Positions 12,485-25,067 of a stretch of 64,000 nucleotides of DNA are shown one piece after another. The stretch's first letter is position 1, and each line of letters starts with the position of its first letter. Below the pieces are notes generated by a model that made no database searches, was not told the origin of the DNA, and saw only the letters and a list, made by a program, of their open reading frames with translations. The DNA is from Azolla caroliniana (Eukaryota > Plantae > Polypodiophyta), in assembly GCA_043228905.1 (NCBI GenBank), contig JBHGNT010000005.1:8556001-8620000 (forward strand), read 5' to 3'. The translations under genes and the position numbers were made by a program.

Positions 12485-14164
12485 TCAAGAAGAATTTACT
12501 TGACTACAAACATTTCTTATTTCTCCATCTTGCCCGGTCAATACACCAATGGTTGTCATCTTAATTATCGAGTTGATAAAGGATTGGAAGAATAAGCTTT
12601 GAGATGACGCAAATTGGCTCACAAGATCCTTGGTTGCGGGATGTGAAAATAGGACTTGGTCAGTAAATAGCAATCCGTCCACATTTTGTAGGTTTTGGAA
12701 ATACGAAGCATCAAAGTTAAATGGAGAATTAGGGTCAAATGGCAAAACATTGTTACTATTGCTTTGCGGACATTGGCTCTCGATTTTTTGAGCGAGTGAT
12801 GGGCTCAAGAATTGATCTCCATCCATTAATCGAAAAGTGAATTGTCGACACTTTGAGAATCCGATGGTATGACAACCTGCATCAATCATAAACATAACTC
12901 CATATTAATGCATCACAAAGCATGTCTCGATGACAATTATAAATGGGAAACAATACCCGAAAGTGCAACCAAATCCTCCACATCAAGGCCTTTTGATTGG
13001 AACAAGGATATCAATTGGTCACCATCAAGGTTTGATGCTGGTATGTTTCCGAAGCCATTTGACGCTAGAGAAGTTCTACTATCTCTTCGTCCTAAGGAAA
13101 CTTGCCATTCAGGTCCACCTAACTACATGTACATGTGATACATACACATTTCATTGGAATTTGAGCTCATTCTTAAAAACATGTGGATAGAAATATAACA
13201 AAGATGAACAACAGAAGATAATATATTTGTTTATTGTCCATGACGAGGCCAGCTTCGATCTATAGGACCACGGGAAACAAATTGAAGGGACTTCAAGAAA
13301 GGAATCCTTCTAATATGACCGTCTACAAAAGGTGCGACCAAATTGAAGGGACTTCGAGAAACGAATCCTTCTAATTTGACCGTCTACAAAAGGTGTGATG
13401 ACCAAATTGAAGGGACTTCGAGAAAGGAATCCTTCTAATACGACCGTCTACAAAAGGTGCGACCAAATTGAAGGGACTTCGAGAAACGAATCCTTCTAAT
13501 TTGACCGTCTATAAAAGGTGTGATGACCAAATTGAAGGGACTTCGAGAAAGGAATCCTTCAAATACAACCCTCTACAAAAGGTGTGACCAAATTGAAGGA
13601 ACTTCAAGAAAGGAATCCTTCTAATACGACCCTCTACAAAAGGTGCGGCCCGGACTTCAGACAAATGGGCGAGATCATTTAAAACTTTGGAGCATGAGAA
13701 CTTACGAATCGTATGGCTTCGCGCGCCGCGAGAACTACAATGTCGGCACATGAAACTACCCCGGGACAAGCCGATTCCAAGGCCTGTTTAATTGAATCTA
13801 TTGTGTTAAAGGCTTGTTGTGGGATATCATTGTCGATGTAGTCCCTCTCGGCGCTGTTTCCTGGTGTCGATGAAATCAAAATCGAGCCATCACAACCCTG
13901 CATTGTTGGTTGGTTGGTTTTTTTAACCAAACAGACAGAATTTTTTAAAAAAAAGAAATGGTTTTTCAAAATGTTAGTAACAGAAACATGCAATGAGTAA
14001 AAAGGTGAAGTGCTCTCTTTGATTCTTTTGGGTAGAATAATTGCATGGGTGAAACTTCTATATGTAATTGTTCTCATTGAGGGTGTCTCACCTTGTAGCT
14101 GCCTAAAACAATCCAGTGCATTGTGCATTAAGGCACCCCACCCACACACATCCATGATGAAGAG

Positions 14165-14202
<38 letters not shown>

Positions 14203-14496
14203 ATACCAAACATTCATGCATTCTTCATTTGTATACTTTGTGATTAAGCCGAAACACTCCGTTACCTGAATAAAACAATCATGCATGAGCATCCTCAGTG
14301 TCGACGGAGATACGACGTTGTTAGATTGTGCCAAGGATTGAAATGTGGAGCTTACTATGGAGGCCAAGCCTGGACAAGAAGTATCGTAAAAATCCGGAGA
14401 TATATTTTGGGCACTTACAAAGCTTGTGTAAAAGGACAGCATCCCTAGGAATCCAATTAGCATAATCATCATCATGGGGTGCTGCTGGATCACCAT
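12485..14496 (-). CDS. Class III secretory plant peroxidase, about 326 aa
   Basis: Exons 14496-14266 (231 nt), 13897-13706 (192), 13122-12957 (166), 12876-12485 (392), all GT-AG and in phase. This is the classical 4-exon layout. Signal peptide, FYDTSCP, LRMLMHDCF, GCDGS, CPGVVSCAD, LGRRD, LVALSGCHTIG, GEIRNVC. Confidence 0.95.
13278..13648. repeat. Minisatellite of six 61/64-bp units in peroxidase intron 2
   Basis: caaattgaagggacttcgagaaaggaatccttctaatacgaccgtctacaaaaggtg.. starts at 13278, 13339, 13403, 13464, 13528 and 13589. Confidence 0.95.
14164..14202. repeat. (ACT)n microsatellite in peroxidase intron 1
   Basis: tactactac... run. Confidence 0.9.
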
Positions 14497-15216
14497 TATG
14501 TATTTTGAAACTCCCAAATGCCTACAAATTGTCAGCCAAAAGAGATGAAAGTGCATTAGCCCCCAATGCCAACAAACCAGCACTCACCCTAGAGCCACTC
14601 ATCCCAATGTAGAAAAAGAGAAACCAAAGAAGGAAATGAGAAACAATTCTTACAAACAAAGAGAACTCTTTAAATTAAATTTGCTGGGGCAAACCACATA
14701 GAAAGAAGACTGCAATGAGGTGAGTAAAGGAAACCTGCAGAGTGTGGGGAGTTGTAAGAGGAGGAGGTGGAGGGAAAACTAAGTGATATGGTGGTCTTTA
14801 CTGATTGATGAGATTCAGTGTTTGTGTGAGTGGCTGGGAGAGGGAGAGATAGAGATACATGCATATAGTAATCAATGTGTGGGGTTGGTGATCAATATAT
14901 GGGAGGGGGTGAAAGAAGAAGAAGAGACAGAGATTTGTGAGGAGTGAATGAGTTGGAGAAAACTAAGTGTTTGAAAGGAAGGGTGGTCTTCCACACCCTC
15001 TCTGCCATGCAACACAAACATTTATTCCCTCCCCCCCTCTCCCCTTAAAAGAAGCCTCTACTTTTAGCTCTTCTCCATCCCTTCCTTTTTGACTCCTTTT
15101 CACTCCACCACCACCACCACCATGCATAGAAATTAGAATAATTCCCTCCTCACCTAAAAAGCCTCTAAATTTAGATTTAGTTACACCGAGAATCTACAAG
15201 TTATGTTTTGGCATGC

Positions 15217-15380
15217 CTTGTTATGACTCTCTTTACCTCTCAATTGTTTTTGTAGGAGCTTTCAAACCTAAGATTCTAGAATGAATGAACATTCATACCA
15301 TGTTATGACTCTCTTTTACCTCTCAATTGGTATGTTGGAGCTTTCAAAACCTAAGGTTCTAGAAATGAATGAACATTCAC
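15217..15380. repeat. 2 x ~81-bp tandem duplication
   Basis: tgttatgactctcttt(t)acctctcaattg...ggagctttcaaa(a)cctaag.ttctagaa(a)tgaatgaacattca occurs twice in tandem. Confidence 0.85.
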
Positions 15381-16844
15381 ACTCTTGGGCTCCTCCCCTT
15401 ACTAACTCGCCATTGGTCATCCCTTCAATATCCACATTGTGGTGACTTTTACCATTGTTGAGGAAGGGTCAGTTAGGGATCGGCAAAGCAAGTGGCATGA
15501 ACCACGGTTGCCAGCTCGGATATTGGTCGAGAGTTCAAGCACTCAACCTTGACTCCTTCCTAGTCACCATTTCCCAAGCCGTGCACTTCGATAAGCCATG
15601 GCTCTTATGGCTCAAGTGCAGCTCGGCTCGAGCGACTTTGCTTAGGCTTTGGGAGTCAAATTAGGGCCATTATCTACAATCTCACTTCTCACATTTAACC
15701 AAAGATCCTCAATATATGTAGAACTTCCATATAAATCATTCATACCCTATTCAATACCAAAAACAATAAGGATATTCCTCAAATTTTCACTGAAGTCAAT
15801 ATACGTTGTCTCTATTGTTGAGTTCATAGCCTGCATTTAGATTTTACAACTCATTTATCCACCACTAAAATGTATTAACTTCGTAAGCATTTGGCAGAAA
15901 CATGCTGATACTTGCATTTGTTACTTTTTGAGTAAACAATGGAAATAAATTTTCTTCTGACTGTAGTATATATACACTCTTTAAAGACGGAAGGTGGGAA
16001 CTTCAGATTTCTTTTGCCTATTTGAACAGTGCCAAGTATACCTCTGAAAGAAACGTAAGGATCAAAGGACTACTCAGGAATTCAGAGCAAGCTCATGCCC
16101 AATGGGAAATTCCATAAAATAAGACATCCATGAAAAACATCCTTATATTGCTAGAAGACTCTATGCTCACTTTGCATGAGAAATCCATAATAAGGGAGTC
16201 ACATAGCGTGGGAGTGTAATTAACTTTCTTCATGCGTCATCACAATAAAACCTTAAAAGACCACAGAATCATGCATGAATATCTATTTTTTTTAAATGAG
16301 ATCGATAAGGACTTTCATCAGTAGCACATTCATTACATTAGCTAACAATTTTAACCACTGAATTGTAGAAAATTTAACTGAGTCATCATTTTTATGGTGG
16401 AAAGAGTTAGTTAATTGTTAAGTGTAATGATCCCAATGAGTAACAAAAACATCAAGAGCATTGATGTTTTTCCACAATCAGCTTAACATTGGATAAAATG
16501 AGAGTCAAGAGGTCTACATAAAAAACAGCTATGCATTAATGTGAACACCACCACATCACAAAACACTTCAAAAAAGAAACAACATGGAGCAGTTATATAT
16601 AGAGAAAAAACAGCCATATAATTGATGTGAAATCCATATAATGACAATAACAATCCTTAAAGAAAGACTCATGAATAGAGTTAGAATCAAACCAAGCCGG
16701 AGTGGAGTACACAATCCCTTGAAATCTGAAAATTAGGAAAATCTTTGAGCTAGAATCCATAGGGACTACTAACAGAGTGCCAGCTCAAATATCCCAAGTA
16801 ACGTGTGACACCTAAAAACAGGGCTCAATCTTACTATACACCAT

Positions 16845-19561
16845 TTACTTCTCCTCTTCATTAACTTCGGATGGCTTAGCGGTATCCTTCACCTCCCCTT
16901 CTTTATCTGCTTTTACCTCTTCCTTTGTATCATCTACTTTCAAATTCTCTAATAGTTCCCCCACTGATTCAGTCTCCTTTTCAGTAGTAGTACTAGCCAG
17001 TTTTATAGACATCAGTTTTTGTGATTCCTCAAAAGTCTTCTTGAAGGCTTGAGCATCTGCATCAACATTGAAATTATCTACATTTTAGTTCATTTACGAT
17101 AAGAAAATTTTAGTCAAAATAAAAATGACAGTCTCAAACCTAAATAATCTAAAATATTGTTCCTAAAAGCTACTCAATTCCTAAAAGTTAAAATCCTCCT
17201 TTTCTAATTTTTGAAACTCCCTCTTAGTGTGCTCCTCTTCTTTACGTTTACTTTATTTTTTGATAATGCAATGTTAGGATTTAATGATGTCATTTCTTTC
17301 AATGCAGCTAAATCTCAGTGACACGTGACTCTAAACATAAACTTGCCTGTCATTGCAAAGTCATGAGTAACATCTATGACAAACGATTTTAAACTCTTAA
17401 TGGTGGATGAGAAATCCAAAAGTTCAAAACTTTATGATTGAAAATGCAAAGTTTCATGTGAAACCTTACATCGTGACAGTAAAATTTAAAGCCTGACGTA
17501 TGAACCAATACAGAAAAGGCTTACTTTCAACACCACCAAATCGTATGCAAAAAAGTTCATCTTTCAGCTCTCCATCTGAGAAATCTGAGGCATGCCACAC
17601 CCATGTCTTGTCACTTCCTTGATGTTCTTGAAGTGCAATGCTAGGAAGAACTGAAATGAGATGCAAAAATCAAGAATACCTTCAAGATTAGGATATCTTT
17701 TCACTTCTATGTTTTAGAATAAATTTTGAATTACAAAATCTCAATCCTAGTGTAAGCCAGATTTTTACCTGTATGATTTGCACAAATCTTTAATGTCTTA
17801 TTTTGACGCATCAAGAGACGGATCTTCTCGGTGTTTTTATGCTTCAGAATCTTCACCTGTCCAACACCTCTCTCTTTCCATTGATTTCCTTCCTTGTCAA
17901 ACCGATACAATTTGGCCTTGCTGTAGAAATCAACCAATAACAGAGGAAAAATGTCCAGCAGATGGAGCTCATATCTTTAGCACTTAAATTAGATTGAACT
18001 TCTATGATAGAGCTAATACACATAGCTAGCTACTAATCTTGCCATCAAGGTTATTAATAATACACTTAGTTAATTACTACTGATTCTTAACACAATTACT
18101 GATGGAACTGCTCTTCTTATACAACAGATGGAAGAGGTCATAGGTAGCACATAAACCAAGTAGATGGATCATTATGTCATGTCATTGAAAACTATGCATC
18201 CAACTGTTAGGGAGTTGTTAAAAGTGGACAGGAAATGAAATCTTTCAGAGACATTCACCTGAATTGTCACAGAAATCATCTGGTCTAAGCTAGTTCTCTT
18301 AGAAGAGATATAACACCCAAAGAAGTCAAAGACAATGAGAATAACAAATCTTTTGATAGCCAAATATATTGATTTTCTTTTCACTAATTGCCCATGTTAC
18401 CTCTTGATGCTTTATAGTAATTGCAAATTATCAGAAAATAGCATAAATCTACAGTAATTTAGTAAAGAATGTATATAGATCTGCCTGTTGTAATAGAATA
18501 GCCCAAGTTTCTTCCTAAAGCATTACGACAATAGAAAACGTGAGAAAAATACATAAATTTATAGAGTTTCAAAGAATTTTTTTATATCTATGGCAGTTGT
18601 AGTAGGAAAAACTATGAAAGGATACACAAACTTATAGGGATTTAGTAGAACATGTATTAAGTCTGGGACATTTCCAAACATCCACACCAGCAATTTAGTG
18701 GCTTTTTTTATCCCAGAACTTATCAGAATGATGGCCCCATTAACCAAGCTAGATCTCTTACAATAACTATACAATCCAAAGTTGTTACATACATTTGAGA
18801 ATCTAAAAAAGTAAATTCTTGATCAATTTGATAGCATAATATGCTCACAGTTTAGGCTTGAACAACTCCTGACAAATGAAGGTTGAAATACGAAAATATG
18901 AAAATTTTCATTGTAGATAATGGATTATATCAATGTCACAACAACACACAATATTAATAAGTTTGAAAGGATCAAATGCGCACATTTGCATGAAATGTTC
19001 ATATTTTTAACATGGTACATTAGGAATGAAAATGAATGATATAGTTTCATGATAAAATATTCAAATTCATGAAATATCATGCATTAGACATAAAAGGACA
19101 TAGATTTTCATCAAAATTCATGCACTGAGCATGTCAATATAAACAGATGACATTTCTTGGATCTAGGGTATGCAGAGCCCTAGATTGTTCTAAAAAGGGC
19201 AACGAAACTTTGAGAAAGTTTATAGATTGAGGTCAGCTACAAAGGCAGCCAAGACTTTGCAAATGGAGAGAAAGACAAAAAGCTGCGACATATATTGGTG
19301 TGTGAAATCCTAGACTGAGCTAAAACGAGCAAGAAAACTTTAAAGAACTAGAAAAAGGAAACAAGAAACAGAAAGGCGAAAGGGATGAAGAACTCACAGA
19401 TCGATGAGGACATCTTCGTCTTCTTCTCCAGTGCTAACAGAAACAGCGTCGAGCTTAATGATAGGGGCGATCTCGGCACCAGTGTCCTCTTCTTCTCTCG
19501 ATTCATCGGCAGCAGTCTCCTCCTCTGTTTCTGCGGAGTGATCCAACCTCTCCTTCTCCAT
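16845..19561 (-). CDS. RANBP1: Ran-binding protein 1, about 217 aa
   Basis: Exons 19561-19398, 17920-17769, 17650-17525, 17056-16845 (164+152+126+212 = 654 nt), GT-AG and in phase. RanBD motifs [70 protein letters not shown]. Confidence 0.95.
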
Positions 19562-19988
19562 CGATTCCTCCTCTGTTTCTGTGTGAAGGAAGCAAGGCAC
19601 TCAACAGAGATGGGAGGAAGCAGGAAGGAGAAGGAGCAGGGGATGGAGATAGGGTTCCTCCTGTCTGTCTGTCTGTCTGTCTGTATCTCTTTCTGTTCTG
19701 TCTCTGTTTTGTGTGTGTTTAATTATTGCTCACACTTTGGGGGAGAGAGAGAGAGAGAGAGGCTTCTTTTTTGGCCTTTTACACAAGAAATCAAAAGAGG
19801 TTTTCATGTGCTTTTTATGCTTAGTGGGAATTTAAAAGGAAAAAGAGGGGGTGGCTCTATATACTATATATATCAACTGTATGTCTAACAAGAGCCCCAA
19901 AAGACAAAGAAGAAAAAGCGAAACCAGAGCCTTGATGACGTATTGCCGCACACTGGCCGACTTAGACTTAGGCGAGCGCCTCTCAACG

Positions 19989-20431
19989 CCTTTATCGTTT
20001 GGAATCTCCCATCCTCTGCCTGCTTTGTGTGTTTGCATCTGGTAAAAGACGACAGGCGAAGCGATGTTTGTGAGTTCCTTTGGTTACACCAGGCAACTCT
20101 ATTAGAAGTCTTAGTGCGATAACGAACACATGCGACACCTTTATCATTTGGAATCTCTCATCCTCTGCCCTGCTTGCGCGTTTGCATCTGGTAAAAGACA
20201 ACAAACGAAACGATGTTTGTGAGCTCCTTTGGTTACTCCATGCAACTCTATTAGAAGCCTTCGTGTGATAAAGAACACACGTGATGCCTTTATCGTTTGG
20301 AATCTCTCATCCTTTGCCTGCTCGTGTGTTTGCATCTGGTAAAAGATGACAAACAAAGCGATGATTGTGAACACCATTGGTTACACCGGGCAACTCTACT
20401 AGATGCCTTAGTGCAATAAAGAACACACGTG
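19989..20431. repeat. 3 x 149-bp tandem repeat upstream of RanBP1
   Basis: cctttatc(g/a)tttggaatctc.catcct... starts at 19989, 20138 and 20287. Confidence 0.92.
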
Positions 20432-22773
20432 TTTTGACTCCGCGTCCCTTGTACATGTTTGTATGTGACACAACCAATGTTGTCCTATTTCACCGATCAA
20501 TATTTTGGTCACCTCACCCTCAACATATGTTTGGATATTTCGAATGACATTGAATATATTCTCTTTATCTTTAAATGTGATGAAAGTTTGTAGTTTGTAG
20601 TTGTAAGGTGTACGAGTCTTGTATTAACACAATTACAATAATTGGTGTGTGGTTTGAAGGTATAATGTCATTTAAGAAAACTATCACAACTAGCCTAATT
20701 TATTATGAAAAAGATTATCTAGTGAGTGTCGAAAAGGAAAGGAGAATTAGAAAGACCATGAATGTGCATAAAGAGCACAAAAAAGAAGTTCTACGAATGT
20801 ACATGTGACTAATATAACTGATGACATGATTTGGCATGCATGAGTAGAGGAAAATGCTTAAAAACCAAGCTTTAGATTAGATTAAGATTATGGTTGAGGA
20901 GAAGGCGAGGCGATGACACCAACAAATAACAATAGTTCAAGTGTTAATGGTTAAATGTGTGAACAATAAAGAGTATGGTTCGAATCTTGTTATGGATGAC
21001 AAAAGAGGATGTCAAATATTTTATACAATAGAAAAGCAAAATGTAATTGTGAAGTTAAGCATTGAGGACAAGTGGCGACTCATTCTGAGTAAGGGCATGA
21101 GAGAATTTTGACAACCGAGGCAATGCTTGATCCAATATTAGAGATGCAAGAGAGATTTGTGACGATCACCCCTCCTCCTATGAATTTCCTCCATAACATT
21201 TTTTTGATTTTCCATCTTTCCAAAATCCAAATCTAACAACCCTATGTAACAACGTACCAACTTTTCGCCAAAAATTTAGTCCTAATCATTTGAATCTAAA
21301 CAACATGAAAACTAAAAATTAATCTAAGATTTGGGACTAAAAATACATCATCACTTCTCCTAAAATTTAAATTCACATTTAATGGGTTTTATTTTTAAAA
21401 ATAAACACTTGCAGTCATCCTCTCATTGTTATATATGTGTCCATGTCTCCCTCATCTTCTTGTGTGCGACTAAAGTTGTCAGTGCATATGTTAAGGTAGA
21501 GATGTACAGAAATATCTTGACTAAAAGGATCTCTCTCCCTCTCTATTTGTTTCTCCTGTCTCATGCAAGTAAGTCATTCTCAATGTTTTCCTTCTCTGAC
21601 AACACTTCAAACTCTTCTCCTCTGCAACATCGTGATCTGCAATAATTCTCCTCTCCACAAATTTTGTGCTCTACTTGTGGTGTCCTACCACAACTCTAGG
21701 CGTGCTCCATTGCAACAACCTCTACAATTACGTGCGTTGTCGTAAAGAGTGTGGTTGTCGCAACCGTTGGGGTTTTGTGACTCGGGGACAATCGATATGA
21801 CAAGGCATAATCGCAGAAGGTACGATGGCATGGAGACGAGATAGATAGATGCGAAATTGTCGATGAAAGAAAATGAATTGCTTAAAAACACTTACAATAT
21901 TCGTTTGCCAAACATTGCTTTGATGAGACTTGAACCTACTTTTATATTTTACTACTTTTATCGTACAAAACTTGTTTACCAAAATAAATTGCTTTGGTGA
22001 AACTTAATTTGCAACCTCTCCTTGGGATCTGTTTGAGATAAACCACTCTCACGACTGCTTTCCAACTACCTTTAAAATAGCCAACACTAATTGAATTAAT
22101 TTATTAGTTGTCAATTTGAAATCTTCGGTTTTTTCTATCTATTCGGATGATATGATGGTTAATCACTTACTTTACTAGTATTAACAGTGGCAGTTGAGGA
22201 ATTCATAATTGGGATGGCCATTCTAGTGGTCACTATTGAGAGTCAAGCTCAACTCATGTGAACATATGCTTATGTAGAGGAGCACAATGTGTGGAAAAGT
22301 GCATGAGCATATGTACTTTATTGTAATCTATGTGAATTATCTAGTTACACGAAGAACTAGATTGTAATATCTAGTTAGTTGTCAAGTGTAAATGTGGTCA
22401 AATAATATAAGATATTCTTTTGATAGAATCGTACAAAAGTGGATATCTTGATTAGATTCCATCAACCACATTTAATGTGGTAGTCACTTGAGGACATGTA
22501 TATGTGGCTGCCATGCGAGGAGATGTCTATGCTGAATTAGGGTCGTATGAGGCTCAGATGTTGAGGGTATGTTGTCGAGTAATATTGTGCTCATCGGATG
22601 CATGCTATTATACTCTAGATCTGGTTTTGTCCAAGGATTGGAAGTGGCTCACAACTCAGAGGTTGCATTGTAAATGGCACCTGCAAGTGGAACGGTTGGT
22701 GGGGGACTCATATGTTTCGTGGCTCATATCCATGGCAGGAAGGTTGCTCATCCTTCTGTATATTCATCCCTAT

Positions 22774-23244
22774 TGACGGTGTCGTGAAGAAAACCGACCA
22801 TAGGGGGAATCAGGGATCCAAGTGCGTGAACCGGTGCTACGCGGATCAACATTTAATTTGATTTTCTTTGTACATAGTTAGGGATAGGTCGGCGTGATGT
22901 AGGCGAATTAAATTGAATAGGTTAGCAAATCAATGCATATCTTTGTCCGAAGGGACAGAGAATAAAGATGATGTAATTGGAAGTGACAGCTCTCCCTCAC
23001 CCGCCTATAAAAGGTGCGTGAGAAAGACTAAAAAAAAGGGGGAGGGGGCGTTTTGGGAGGAGGAGGAGGTGTTGCCGGATTGGGAACCGAGCACCGATCT
23101 CTGGTTTTGTATCAATCCTTGTTGTAGTGTCTGTTTGGTTGTAATCGATTCTTCCTAAGTGCAATCTTTGTCTATCTTTGGTGTGTTGCTGAGTCCCTGT
23201 CTACACCGGCAAGTGATGTGCTTGCAGGTACCCGACGTCCGTCA
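22774..23244 (+). mobile_element. Probable solo LTR
   Basis: TG...CA ends with terminal inverted repeat tgacgg/ccgtca and an internal ctataaaagg TATA-like box. No matching TSD seen. Confidence 0.45.
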
Positions 23245-25067
23245 TTCTTATCTCTTTCCTTTTCTCAACTAATTGGTGGGACAATATCATTTTTAGCTTT
23301 TGCACATTGTTTTAATATCATGAAGACTCAACTTCACAACATCCACCCCCTTTTAACTTCCACACCTTGTGGGGCGAGTTCTCACCACTTCATCATGGTC
23401 GTCTTCAAGAAGATTTTCATCCTTATGCTCTATGAAATTAGGTTCAATGTCTTCTCTTCTCTTGAAAACCTTTATTCTTTATCCCGTGTTGAGCAGACAA
23501 GCTCAACTGGATCCGGATTGGAGTCCGGAACGAAGAACCGGATTGGTGTCCGGATGGTATCCGAAACTAAGAGCCGGATCATATTGTAACCGGTAGTTCG
23601 TTAGAGGCCTGAGAATCTAGCCTAGTACATAGGCATATTTTTGGGAGTCAGTGTTAGTCACTTGTATGAGCATTGAAGTACTTGTCAATACTTTTGTTAG
23701 TCCTTTAAGGACTTATATGTACAGAGTGTTATTATTCGAATTGAGATTTATTGTTCTGCTTTCTATCTATCTCTCCCATGAAATGTGTATTCTAAGCTTC
23801 CATTAAACCTGTGTGTATTCTCTGTTGCTATTCGATGTAACCGGTTCTGTCAAAGCTTCCGCATATTAACTTTTACATGGTATCAGAGTGCAAGGGTTGA
23901 GAACCTCTGCAACCGACAAGCGTTTTCTGAAGACAAACCCTAACACTTGGTAAAGAACAGATTGAAGAAGGATATGGATTGAGGAATGGCTATCTTGCTC
24001 TTGATGGAGAAGCTCGACACATCCAACTACACATCTTGGTCGTACAAGATGCACCAGTACCTACTTGGGCATGGCTACTAGAGTTATGTTGACGGAGCCA
24101 ACGATACGACACCTGATGTGGCACACAAGGACTTCCCAACTTGGGAACAATCGACAAGCAGAGTTATGTACTGCTTTGCATCCAATGTCGGCGATCAGCT
24201 ATTGAACCATATCCGGGACACCTAGGTGCCGAAGGAATCTTGGGGAAACCTGAAGAAGGTCTTTGCTGCAAGCACCACGGCCCGGAAGCTGCAACTCCGA
24301 CAGGAGTTGAGCAATGCCCGATAGAGGGACATGTAGGTGGCCGACTATACGACCCAGATCAAAGACATATGCAACTCACTTACCTCTATCAACGTAACCG
24401 TCGAGGAAGATGAGATGGTGCAGGTTTGTCTCGGGGGTCTGGCGTCAAAGTTCGGAGCATTCTGGACATCGGTCTGTACAAGGGAGAATACACCCTCGTT
24501 TTTTGACTTATAGTCGATGCTCCAAGTAGAGGAGAACCACATGGGTGCTTCAACGAGCACACACACTGACATCAGGATGTTGTACATAGAGGTAGATCGA
24601 CCCCGTGGTTGTGGCGGACGACAAATCGGCACGCAGTGGTAGCGGCCAACAACAACGGAATTGGAGGTACAAAGATGGTGTCGACAATAGTTCCGGACCC
24701 TCCACAAGCAAGGGGGAGTCAAAGCAGCACCAGAAACCGGCAAGGGAAGACCACAACGGAATGTTGGCACTGTGGTCGGAAGGGCCATAGAGAGAGCGAG
24801 TGTTGGAAGAAGCGCGCCGATTCAGACAAATCCGGATACGGCAAGGCCGGTCGAGGAAACCGACAAAGGTCGCACTACGCAGAAGGATCAGAAGGATTCA
24901 GAACCGGTAAGACCGGAAAAGGGCCAGCCTTTGTGATGAAGCACAAGGCGAACTCAATGAAGAAGATCACTTCCGGATCGGAGGAAACTCCGAAGCATCA
25001 AACCAGATGATGAACCATGAAGAGTGGTTCTCGGTTTTGGAAAAGCTGGAGCAACTGGGAGTTGTCG

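Noticed and set aside
13278-13648. CRISPR-like regular repeats
   Set aside because: Contiguous tandem units with no unique spacers, in a eukaryotic intron, with no cas genes.
23245-23486. Older minus-strand LTR element hosting A (PPT-like tccaccccctttt near 23342)
   Set aside because: Only a PPT-like motif; no LTR pair or coding motif could be confirmed.
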